Assembly: GCF_004010195.1 (NCBI RefSeq)
Contig: NC_057718.1
Span: forward strand, 2,614,996 to 2,678,995
DNA length: 64,000 bases
Source of the DNA: Chiloscyllium plagiosum
Taxonomy: Eukaryota
Direction: 5' to 3'
Shown: one piece after another, positions 25,454 to 37,989 of the stretch
Layout of the letters: each line of letters opens with the position of its first letter
Position numbering within the stretch: position 1 is the stretch's first letter
Notes under the pieces: model-generated
Seen by the model: only the letters and a program-made list of their open reading frames with translations
What the model was told of the DNA's origin: nothing
The model's database searches: none
Made by a program: the position numbers and the translations under genes

Positions 25454-25992
25454 GTTGTGGTTCTGTTCGCTAAGCTGGGAATTTATGTTGCAGACGTTTC
25501 GTCCCCTGTCTAGGTGACATCCTCAGTGCTTGGGAGCCTCCTGTGAAGCGCTTCTGTGATGTTTCCTCCAGCATTTATAGTGGGACAAACAGGAAGACAG
25601 CTAACGATCCACATCCATGAACACCAACTAGCCACGAAACGACATGATCAGCTATCCTTAGTAGCCACACACGCAGATGACAAGCAACATGAGTTCAACT
25701 GGGACAACACTCCTATTATAGGACAAGCCAAACAGAGAACAGCTAGAGAATTCCTAGAGGCATGGTACTCATCCACAGATTCAATCAATAAGCACATCGA
25801 CCTGGACCCAATATACCAGCCACTGCAGCGGACAGCTGGAACTGACAACCGGTAGCGGCAGATACAAATCACTTTCAATGCCGGAGGAAACATCACAGAA
25901 GCGCTTCACAGGTGGCTCCCAAGCACTGAGGATGTCACCTAGACAGGGGATGAAACACAAATTCCCAGCTCGGCGAGCAGAAACACAACAAC
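25454..25992. mobile_element. Short Penelope insertion with inverted pLTR (minus ~25454-25580, plus ~25581-25992)
   Basis: GQTGRQLTIHIHEH..REFLEAWYS; ends are mutual reverse complements; hammerhead 25490-25529 (-). Confidence 0.93.
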
Positions 25993-26689
25993 AAAGTTAT
26001 ATGTTAACAGCCCATCATCGTTTCCAAGTAACTATATACAATTTGTTTGTAATAAACTGGAAGTCTTGTTAAGGAAGGAAATCTCATTTGTGTTTTCTGA
26101 AAAACTGGTTCAAAAAGACAGGGAAATGGGGGACTTGTGTGTGGTTTATAAAATCTTTAAATTTTATGACAATTCCAGAAATAGCTGGCCTCCATGATGA
26201 GGTGTAACAAGAGACTTAAGACAAAAGGTTGGCTGTTCAGGAGAAATTGATTTGAAATCATAAATTGACAATGACACCAGCTCCTCCCTGTTCCAGGAAC
26301 ATGTACAGTGCAGAACAGTGAAGCTCACCTGCCTGTGTCCTGTCGGAGGAGGATCTGTCAGCTCCAGGGAGACACTGGTCACCAGCTGCTGTCACTGAGT
26401 CTGTGAGACAAATAATCACATGTCACAGGTAGGCAGCTGGGATGTTGTTGAGAGCATTTCCCCATAAAGACCACATCTTTATAATTGTCTTTATTGTGGA
26501 TTGCTGAACAAAATCAGAAAAGGGTATTGCTTTAAACCAAGGAAACCATGGAATACTATGAAGGTGAAGGTGTGTACTGTACCTTTAAGAGAGAGTGAAT
26601 ACTGTTTGTTTATTGGAACATTGTATTGTTATAGAGTTGAAAGCAGATTATAAGCAGTTAAGAGAAAGGGGGTTTAAGAGTTAGAAATA

Positions 26690-29600
26690 TCATTCCACAA
26701 ACACCTCTTGGTGAAAAGGTAAATTCAAACATAGATTCTTGCAGGCTGGAAGAAACAATACCCAAAGAGAGATTTCAGAAGAAAGTCAGAGGAATCCTTC
26801 ACTGAAGCTTCCAACTCTGCTGGAATCACACATCTTGTGACTGTTACAGCTAAACCAAACAAGATAAAACCTGAACTGGGAGAGCTGACCACTCTCCTTC
26901 CATTGTTAAACTAGATTCATCTTCATTTTTGTCTTTACAACCTCTCTTCAAAAGAAAACCAAAATAACGTATTTAAAGCAACAGCATCACCATACCATCC
27001 CACTTTTAAAAAGTTGAATCATCAATACAGAAAGATGGCTTCATTTTAAACCCCTTAGTCTTACTCTGGTAGTACATTACAATACATATACATTACATTG
27101 GCTCTAAGCATGCAAACATTCACTATTACATTTTATTGCAGTCCATTTATTCCTGCTACCAAACATTTCCATCTTTCTTCATTCCAATCTCATAATGTAT
27201 CAGCAATTGCATTTTCTCATCCGAGGATGTGTATAATTTTCAAATTGAATGGCTGCAAAAATGAGCACCATCTAAACTGTCTGGAATTTTTGTCAATAAA
27301 TATTTGTAGATACAATTGTCTCAGACACATTATTGGCAACAAAAATATTGAAATGTTGTAACGCCAACATCAAGCTCAATGTTTCCTTCTCAATTGTGGA
27401 ATATTTATGCTGATGATTATTCAGTTTCCTGGAGAAGTATCCAATAGGTCTTGTTTCTATCTTTTCATTCTCTTCTTGTAAGAGTACAGCAACAACACCC
27501 GCATAACGTGCGCTGATAGCCACCTTGAATGGCTTTGCATAATTAGGTGTGGCTAACACTGGGGCAATGGTTAATGCAGCTTTCAGGCTGTCAAATACCT
27601 TCTGACATTCCTCCATCCACTGAAATGTTCTGCAATTCTTCAATAAGTCAGAATGGAACAACCATATTACTAAAATTTGGCATGATTTCTGATAGTGGTG
27701 GTACGTGAAATGCACTGCCAGTGGTGATATTAGAGACCGATACAATAGGGACATTCAAACAACCCTTCGATAGGCACATGATAGTAAAATGAAGAGTATG
27801 TAAATTAGTTTGGAGGAGTAGGATAAAAGAGGACACAGCATCGAAGGCTGAAGGACCTGCACTGTGCTGTACTGTGCAATGTTCTATATTCAATTTTCAA
27901 TCCTAGAAATCGCAGTACTGCTCTCTTTGTAGATGACATGGGAAACTCCCTAACAACCTTTGTTTTCACATTCTGTGGGGCCATCTGTCCATGTCCAATA
28001 ACATGACCCAGGAAGGTGACTTGGGCTTTCGTGACAGGTTTATCATCAAGCCTGTCTCCCAAAGTCAATCGAATAATTCCGATAAATGCTGCAAATGTTC
28101 CTTCCATGTGTGATTAAAAATCATCAGATCGTTGATGTGTATCACACAATTGGGTTTTCCAGAAATGACTTTATTGGTTAGTCTTTGAAATGAGGCTGAC
28201 ACATTTTTCAAACCAAATGGCATGACGTTAAATTGGTGCAGTTTTATCGGTGTTACGAAAGCCAAAATTGCCTTCGCTCTTTCGGACAAAGGTACCTGCC
28301 AGTATCCTTAGAGAAATTCCAACTTAGAAATATAAGTTGCTTGTCCCTCCTTCTCCAAACAGTCTTCCAAACCGGAATCAGATATGAATCAGACTTTGTA
28401 GCTCCATTGATTTTGCGATAGTCTATATATCAGATTGGATATCATCTGGTTTTAGCACTATTACTATGGGTGCGATCCATTCACTGCAACTCACTTTGAT
28501 TATATTATCTTGGAGGATTAGTTCAATCTCTTTATGAACCTGCGCCAACTTTAGAGGGTTAAGAATGTAAGGATGTTGCTTAATTGGAACAGCATTTCCT
28601 ATACCTACATCATGCATAATCAGATTAGAACTTCCCAACTTATTCCCAAATATCTCTCCATGCAATAGTAATAACTCTTTCAAGTCATTTTGATTTACCT
28701 CTGGAAAGTAACTCCATAATTTAGCCCAATTTTTGAGAATGTCCTCATTGTCCAATTTAATTTGAGGAATGTCCAATTCAGAATCTTCTGAATTTGGTTC
28801 TTTACTCTGTGTTGTAACCAGTAACACATTCTCCTTATGCTTTCCTTCCCTATCAAAATACCCTTTGAGCATATTTGCATGGCACACTCTGTGAGACTTC
28901 TTTCTATCTGGATTTCTTATCAAATAGTTCACCTCACTCAATCTCCTTTCAATTTGATAAAGTCCATTAAACCTTGCTTTTCAAGGTTCACCTATCACTG
29001 GAAGTAACACTAACACTTCGCTTATGTCAGCAAAATTGTGAGTTTTTGATTTCTTGTATGCTTCATGCTTCATTATGTGTTGTGATGTTTTTAAATGCTG
29101 TCGAGCCAACTTCCCTGCGCTATTTAATTCTTCCCTAAACTTTAACACATGGTACAAGTATGTAGTCTCTGAATTCTGGCTCACCAATCTTTCCTTCATT
29201 AAATTCAGTGGTCCTCTCACCTCATGCACAAAAATGAATTTAGTGGACTGAATTTGTCAATTCATTTGGTGCATCACAAATGGACAAAAATACAAACAGA
29301 ATTCTTTTATTCCAATCATCTGGAAAGTCTTGACTGTATGTCCTTAACATGGTCTTTAAAGTTTGATACCACCTTTCTAAAGCTCCATACGATTCCAGGT
29401 AGTATGCAGAGGATTTGAATTTTTTTATTCCGAAACTATCTATAATCCCCGTGAATAATTTTGATGTAAAATTTGAACCTTGATCTGATTGTATTTCTGT
29501 GGGTAGTCCAGATTTCGTGAAAAATTTGAGTAACTCTTTTATTATTATTTTAGCTGTGACATTGCATTATGGAATGACCTCTGGAAATCTAGTGGACATA

Positions 29601-32600
29601 TTCATTATTGTTAATGGACAATGATGCACTCTTTTTGTTTTTGGCAGGGGTCTTATGCAATCAATAAGACCCATGTAAAATGTTCGTCAAATGCAATAAT
29701 GGGTATTAAAGGTGCTTGTTTTACTACTGCCTGAGATTTTCCAATTACCTGACAAGTATGACATGGCCGACAAAATTTAACTACATCCTTGTGCAATCCA
29801 AGCATGTAAAAATGTTTTTGTATTTTAGCTTGAGTCATTCTTACCCCTAAATTATCTCCTATTGGTAGTTTGTGTGTTACCCACAACACATCCTTTCTAT
29901 AACTCACTGGTAATGCAACTTGATGAACCTCTGCCTATTTCTCATCTAACTGAATATGTGATGGTCTCCATTTCCTCATCAAGACTTCACTTTTAAGATA
30001 GGAACATTTGGGAATACTCTCAGATTCTTCTTCCGTGTACACTTTTTGAGAAATTTGTTTCAGTATTTCATTCTTTTGTTCTAACTCAGTTAATTTCTCT
30101 GAGCTGAAGACGTCCACTTTGTCCTCCACCTGTTCTTGTTTTATTTCAACCATTTGATCAAACGTGATCTCTGCTAATTCTACTTCAACTTCCTTATCTG
30201 TATTCTTTGACTGCTGTCCCTGTTTCAACCAGTGGCTTTGTGACCTTGTCATCACACAGTCAGGAAGAATCCCAGGATATATTTCCTGTAATACCTCAGT
30301 TGCCTGATTCCCCACTTGCTTTTCAACCACGTAAACAGCACTCCTATATGTAATCCAACTATGCCATTACCAGGAAAAAGTGCATTCCTGGAGCTGACGG
30401 TTTCTCCAGCATTCCTAGTTCCACTTTTTCACTTTTCACCAAGTACTCCAACCTCACTCAATAAATGGAGCACTTCTCAACTCACTTTGAATTTCATGTA
30501 CTAGCACTTTTTCTGACAATAGTCCTCCTGACTTACATGTCTCCTCATCTATCCACATCAAAGATTGACATGATCTCATAAATCTTAAGACTGTAGCTTC
30601 TTTATCTGCTGCTCCTGATCTATGTGAGTAAACCTTATCTTCAAAGTGAATGGTTTACAAAGATCTGGCACTTCCTCCTTAAACAACCACAGATCCAAGC
30701 TGTGCAGCTTTTTAGTTTTCACTGCATCTTCCTTTACCGCTTTAACAAATGTCACTGGATTATGCTTTTTTCCTACATCCCAGTGTTTTTTCTAACCCAC
30801 CAACACTGTGATTTCATGTGGCCTACTTTATTGCAGTGAAAACACCAGAGCTTTTTGACTTCTTTTTCCCCTTCATGGGTTTTCTTTTTCCCTGTTATTT
30901 TTACTATCCTCAATGAGATCTACTTTTTGCTTACCACACGAGGATTTCTTTTTCAATTTCCATTCTTCACCAATGGAAATTGATGTCTGAAGCTGCACTT
31001 TGATTTATGAACCAACTCATAATCATCAGCCATTTCAGCTGCTAATCTTGCCGTCTTAACTCTCTGCAGTTTCACATGACTCTCACAACCTCAAGAAGTG
31101 AATTTTTGAACTCCTCCAAAATAATCTTCTCTCCAAGAGTGCAATATGTTTGATCTATCTTTAATGCCCTTATGCAACTATCAAAATTACTTTATTTGAT
31201 CCTTTCAAACTTAATATATGGTTGACCAGGGTCCCTTCCTTAGGTTCTTGGAATATTGTTGGCTTCGAGTACAAACTCATATGCACATAAGATGGCTTTC
31301 TTCACCTCCTCATACTCCCCAGATAGCTCTTCTGATAGTGATACAAATACCTCATTAGCTCTACCAATCAACTTTGTTTGGATCAACAAAACATATGATC
31401 ATTGGGCATTTTATTTGTTTAGCCACTTTGTCAAATGAGATGATAAGGGCTTCTACATTCTTCTCTTCAAATTTAGGCAACACTTGGACATATTTAAACA
31501 GTTTCCCCACAAGGCTACAATGGGTTAACTCATCATCACTGTCCTCCTCAATAAGCGTACCTTCACCTCTAACCTTTTAAGCTGACTTTCCTATCTAAGT
31601 GCCAATTTCTGAAGTTCAAACTCTCCCTTTTCCTCTTTTTCCCCTCTCTCTCTTTCCTTTTCTTCTACTGGACCTTCCTTTCCTTTTCTTTTTATTCTGC
31701 TCATGCAATTCTTTGCTTTTCTCTTTCCTCTGCTGTTAACTGTAATTCAAACTGTTTCAGTTCCTTTTCATGTTCAAGCTGCTTCATCTGTCATTTCCAA
31801 AGATTCTAATGGCATTTATAGCAAATGTAAAAGTCGAACTATTGCTGTAATTACCTCTCTTTTTCTCACAGATGAAGGAAACCCCAACTCCAGTTTGTCT
31901 GCCTTGATTCACCTCTTCTAAAACCCCCAAAGTCATTTCATCCACCCCCAGAAACCACTTAGTGACTGAAAGAGCCATTACTACACAAAGTACTGTTTAA
32001 ACCAACTAAACTCCAACCCAGAACAAAAAACCTAACACCTACTATTTGCCGCCTTTGAGTCCAACAGCCCTGAACACAAATTAGAACTATAGAATAAATC
32101 CTGGGCCAGCCTGTAATCTGTTATGGACCAGGCCAGAACCCTCAAAATATTTTAAGAAGGTAATCTAGACCCTAACTTTTTCTTATTTTCGGGGCAGATG
32201 TGAAGTGGATATTCCAGGTGGGATGCAACTGTTCAAATCACTCGGCTTTAAGCAAAATAGCATTTATTTAAGGACTACTGTTGAAACATGAACAAAAGAA
32301 AATGGAACTTAGAATATCTTAAGTATTGGAAAACTTAACTCACCCTGATACAGTATTTATTACTAATTAACTGTTTCAATCCAATAACATTCCATAAATA
32401 CACCCCTTGGCAAAAAGATAAATTCAAATACAGATTCTTACAGACAGGAGGGAACAACATCAAAGAGAGGTTTCAGAGAAAGTCTGAAGAATTCTTTAAT
32501 GAAGTTTGCAACTCTCCAGAATCACACACCCTGTGACTGCTACAGCTAAAACAAACCAGAAAAAACCTGAACTGGGAGAACTGGCCATTCCCTTTCCATT

Positions 32601-32689
32601 ATTAGACTTTTTGGTGCCTCTGCTTTAATGACCTCTCCTCAAAAAAAGCAAGGACAAAATAACTTTTTTAAAGTGACAGTATCATCACA
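26690..32689 (-). mobile_element. Near full-length degraded Gypsy (Gmr1-like): 5' LTR 32119-32689, gag, PR region, INT, RT, RNase H, partial 3' LTR ~26690-26992
   Basis: Minus ORFs: INT Zn-finger 29653-29907, RT 28065-28941, RNase H 27293-27754; degenerate PBS at ~32098-32116; the two LTRs share sequence. Confidence 0.9.
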
Positions 32690-33019
32690 AGGTGTGACGT
32701 TAATTATTTATTCAGTGTAAGATCCTTATAATCGGTCACTTAAACACTGAGCATTTATATAGTTGCTACAACCCTGTAAATGGTCAAAACATTTAGTTAA
32801 AAACTCTGACCAACATCCCTCCTCTATTTAACAAAACTGGCATTTATACAACAGAATGTACTCAGTAAAATGATTCGAAAACTTTACACAAGAAATGAAT
32901 AAATTTTATCACCAATTGAGGAATGAGATCATAAGACAAAAATCTGATCAAAAAACAGAAATTGCTGGAGAAACGCAGCAGATCTGGCAGTATCTGTGGA
33001 GAGCGAAACATAGTTAACA

Positions 33020-33985
33020 TAACCTGCAAACATATTTAACAAATCCTGTCGATCCTGTAGAGGACTTCAAACCAGAGTCTACAGTAAAACATCACATACA
33101 GACCAAATATTGAAGTATCGAAGCAATCATCCCAACACCCATACGAAGCTGTAATAGAACATTATTTCAATGAGCCAACACACATTTCAGCACAGAAAAA
33201 CTACGCAGACCAGAGGAAAATCACCTATACAGTGTATTCAAAACGAACGGGTACTCAATGAACACAGTCCACCGATTTCTCAGCAACAAACCCAAACACA
33301 TCCAGAAACCCTAGCCACTCTCCCCTACATCAAAGACATCTCAGAAATGACTGCCAGAATACTCAGACCCCTTGGCATCATGGTAGCCTACAAACCCACC
33401 AACACACTAAAACAGCAGCTAATGAACTTGAAAGATCCAATACAGACAACAAGCAAAACTAATGTCATTTACAAAATAGTGTGCAAGAACTGTAACAGAC
33501 ACTACATTGGACAAACAGGTAGAAAACTAGCCACCAGGATACATGAACATCAACTAGCCACAAAACAACATGACCCTCTATCACTAGTATCCTTACATAC
33601 AGATAAGGAAGGACACCACTTCGACAGGGACAACACATCCATCCTAGGACAAGCCAAACAGAGACACACACAAGAATTCCTAGAAGCATGGCATTCCAAC
33701 CAGAACTCTATCAACAAACACATTGACTTGGATCCCACTTGCCACCCCCTGAGAAAAAGGACAGGAAATAATATCACCATAGGAAATGATGTTACCACAG
33801 AAGCTGACATCACCAACCCTAGGAAACTCAAACATATAAATAGGAAGTGGTCTACACCACCAGTGCTTCATTCAGAGGCTCATGGAAGATATTACCTAGT
33901 ATGGTGATGAAATGTCTGAAAACAAACCTTCCAGCTCAGTGAACAACCTCAACCTGAGCTACAAATCTTCTCAAAACTCACTTCA
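33020..33985 (+). mobile_element. Penelope-like element 3' portion (GIY-YIG)
   Basis: ORF 33170-33907: TLPYIKDISE, VIYKIVCKNCNRHYIGQTGRKLATRIHEH. Confidence 0.92.
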
Positions 33986-36900
33986 TTCTTGACTGTTAAC
34001 ACAACTGAGAGCTTAGACATTCTCAGCTTGGAATAAATAATGCCAGGTTCTCAACATTGTGAGTTAGAATTACACTGTTGCTTTCTTCTGACAGTTGGGA
34101 ATTATGCTGGAGTCATTGACTCTGTAAGTGTGTATTTATGGCAGTTGTGTCCAGAGACAGTCTGTTGATTTGATTTTTCAATCAGCACTAATTCCATGGG
34201 TCAGGAGTCACCAGTATAACAACAACCCTGGGACTGGCTGATAGCCAAACTGATGAACAAGGCACGGCCGCTCGCCCACACTCAGCTGATGAATAGCCAA
34301 TTAGAACAGTATCACAATCTCAGACAGGAGCCTGTAAGGAACCAGATGTGAAGGAACTGAGGCCAGTGCTGATTGTCACAGCAGCTGGTAATACATCAAG
34401 AAGCTTTCACTGAAAACCATGCCAACCACACAATGGCCCTGTCCTACATCAGCTGGAAACCAATCCAGTTCAGCACTCATGCTGTTTAGAAACGTTACTG
34501 TGTGTTGGGAAACAAGGTGTAACTATGAGCAGCTTCACCCCACATCTTGAGTTTCTCCTTGCAATCTCAGGAATTAGCCAGAAATGTTTGTTTTTTTTTA
34601 CTCAAATGATTCTCTTCACAGAAAGAAGTTCAGTTTGTTCCCATTTCTTGGTGTGGATGGTTCTGTGTTTTGAGGTATTTAGAGGGGTAGATGTTTGTAC
34701 TTTCATATTCTGTGTGAAAATAGTTTTTTCATGTTTGATGCCAAATAAGGCATATTTTGTAGTTAACCAATAGCGTTGTTCTTTATCAAAGGAACCTGGT
34801 GTGTGAACCTTTTTGTTTTATAGGTGATATCAACAACCAAGTAAAACACTAACTTTTATTCTGTCACTCGTGCTGAGGTACTACTGGAGAAAGACCCATC
34901 TTGTCTTGATCGTAACGATGCGTCATGTGATACCTATGTCAAATGTCTTGCTGTAACTTCCATCACCAGATGTTCACTTTTTAAAAATTTATTCTTGCGT
35001 GTGTTGAGGAGATTATTGGCAAGACCAGCATTTGTTTCCATTGCTTAACTTCCCTTGAGCCAAGTCAGTCACACTTGAGTCATTAAGAACCAACCCTATT
35101 GTTATGACCTGAAGTCATGTGTAGGCCAGATTGGGGAAGGTCACCAGGTTTCCTTCCCTGAAGGCCATCAGTACACAGGTGGACTTGTACAAAATTTGTT
35201 AACAATTGTCACCATCACTGAGTCTAATATTCTCTTCCTGATTTTATTAATTAAATTTAACCATCACCAGCAGTTGTAATGGGATTTGAATGATGTTCCC
35301 AGAACATCAGCCTGCAGCTTTGGATTATTTCACAAAGGGCAATACCTCTTCACAACCTGCTAGCCTACCTATAACATTGGGCAATTTGCTTACTCTGTGA
35401 CCCTGTCAATGCCAATGGGTGTTTGGAACCTAATAATTTTAATGGCTTAAAAATAATAACAAAATTCCCAGGTGGGTTTGGAAATGAACTACGTTTATAA
35501 ACGTCAGTTATGGCCTTAAAGTGATCCCAGATACTAAGAAGTATAAACGCAACAAAAACAGCAAATTTTTGAAATTAAAAACAAGTCATCCCCCCACTGT
35601 CTGAGGTCTTCCTACTGAAGGAAATGGGGATCTGTTCAGTCATCGGACCCTCCCAGTGCCGGACATATATAGAAATATTAATATTGTATGTATAAGAGAT
35701 CTCTGGGGATTTTGAGATACAGTCAAGTCCAATGTTTTGTTTGTTTACTTGACATGCAACTGTACAGAACCGACTGTATTTGTGTCAATGCATATGTACA
35801 AAAACATTTTTATTAAAATTTTTAAAAATCTCACTAACACTTCAAATGGGGAACATCAGCTGGGTGATTCGAGTTTAGCACCTACCTTGGACTGGAAAGT
35901 CTGTTCTGAACAGTGACTCACTGCTGATGGGATTTCTACAAATGAAAATGATGCATTCCACTCAGGTGAGGTATCCCTGGCTTCAAGGGTGAGTTTTATG
36001 TACAAAATTCTTTCCTTCTGTAACGGGAGTGAATGGACATTGGGGCAATTTAGGGTGAAATTGACCCTGTCCATTTCTTAATTAGATCACATGATGGTTA
36101 TCCTGTGTTATTGTTGTGAAGTTCTAAATTCCAGTGTATAGTATCAGTCCTGCTGTAGATGACATTGCTATTCTAATCTGAGGTGTGAGTGAGTTTTTTT
36201 TTAAGATATACTTTTTTAGTATAAATCTCTTTGTCGCAAATGCATTTGACTCTGTACAGTTATATGTCAAGTAAACAAACAGTAGTCTGTATACTGCTTG
36301 AAATTTTGTACTGGTGTCCTGGTTTTTCAACAGAGATTATCGTCCCACCATTGTAAAGCAAAGGCTGCATGATGTTTGAACGTCTAAAATACTCCCCAAC
36401 ACTCTGCTTTCTCAACAAAAACAGACACTGTTGGAGAAACTCGCAGCATCTGTGGGGAGAGAACAGAGTGAACATTTTGGGTCCAGTGACCCTTCATGGG
36501 AACACTTCATCAGTTCAACAATACAGAATCGCTGAACAGAAACTGATAGTAAAGTTCTGCACTTGTGAAAATTACCTCAACCGTGATCANNNNNNNNNNN
36601 NNNNNNNNNNNNNNNNNNNNNNNNNNNNNNNNNNNNNNNNNNNNNNNNNNNNNNNNNNNNNNNNNNNNNNNNNNNNNNNNNNNNNNNNNNNNNNNNNNNN
36701 NNNNNNNNNNNNNNNNNNNNNNNNNNNNNNNNNNNNNNNNNNNNNNNNNNNNNNNNNNNNNNNNNNNNNNNNNNNNNNNNNNNNNNNNNNNNNNNNNNNN
36801 NNNNNNNNNNNNNNNNNNNNNNNNNNNNNNNNNNNNNNNNNNNNNNNNNNNNNNNNNNNNNNNNNNNNNNNNNNNNNNNNNNNNNNNNNNNNNNNNNNNN

Positions 36901-37404
36901 NNNNNNNNNNNNNNNNNNNNNNNNNNNNNNNNNNNNNNNNNNNNNNNNNNNNNNNNNNNNNNNNNNNNNNNNNNNNNNNNNNNNNNNNNNNNNNNNNNNN
37001 NNNNNNNNNNNNNNNNNNNNNNNNNNNNNNNNNNNNNNNNNNNNNNNNNNNNNNNNNNNNNNNNNNNNNNNNNNNNNNNNNNNNNNNNNTGCAGTGTGTG
37101 GCAAGTTAGCTTGTGTCAGACAATGGTTCGACAGTGTGAGCTCAACATTGCACTGTTATAGCAACATCTGTGTTGCTGTTCCCAGCACCCAGTGACTGAT
37201 AGCCAGGATATCAATCAGGAATAAACCATCACAACTTGTTCAGTCTGACAACCAGTTCCCTCTCTTTAATTTAGGACTCAGACTGCTGGAACAGTCACAT
37301 GAAATCCTGGCAGGAGTTTAGCACAATCAGACTGCTGTTCATTTATTAGTAACTTTTATTTTGAAGGTGTCTGCAAGAGAGCATCCTGTGCAGATGAATT
37401 TCTC

Positions 37405-37978
37405 TCCCAATGTCATCTACTGCATCCGTTGCACCAGGTGTGGTCTCCTCTACATCGGGTGACAGGATGCCTTCTTGCGGATCAGTTCAGAGAAATCTCT
37501 GGGACTCCCACACCCATCAACCCCAACGCTGAACACATCAACTCCCCCTCCCACTCAGTCAAGGACATGCAAGTTCTGGGCCTCCTCCACTGCCAAACCA
37601 TTACCAACCGATGCCTGAAGGAAGAACGTCTCATATTCTGCCTTGGGACCCTGCAACCACACGGGATAAATGTGGAATTCAACAGCTTCCTCATTTCCCC
37701 TCACCCCACATTACCTCAGTCCCAAGCATCCAACTCGGTACTGCCTTCCAGACCCGTCCATTACTGCCCCCTCCGACCTATCACCTTCTCCCTCACCTTC
37801 AGCCACCAATCATTTTCCTAGTTGCCTTTTCTCCACCCCCATCCCCCTCCCATTTATGTCTCAGCCCTGACTCACAAGCCTCATTCCTGAGGAAGGGCTT
37901 ATGCCCAAAACATTGACTCTCCTGCTCCTCGGAAGCTGCCTGACTGGCTATACTTTTCCAGCACTATACTCTCGACTA
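37405..37978 (+). mobile_element. Penelope-like element 3' fragment (second family)
   Basis: VIYCIRCTRCGLLYIG; RCLKEERLIFCLGTLQPHGIN; degenerate hammerhead ~37887. Confidence 0.85.
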
Positions 37979-37989
37979 ACTATAAACAT

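Noticed and set aside
34824-34840. Possible mini-exon (tttttgttttatag|gtgatatcaacaaccaa|gtaaaa)
   Set aside because: Weak donor, 17 nt, phase incompatible with the V exons; no independent support
37090-37161. CSVW motif right after the gap, resembling a V-domain F strand
   Set aside because: Not followed by a GxG J strand and the upstream sequence is N; cannot be supported, though the gap could hide an exon
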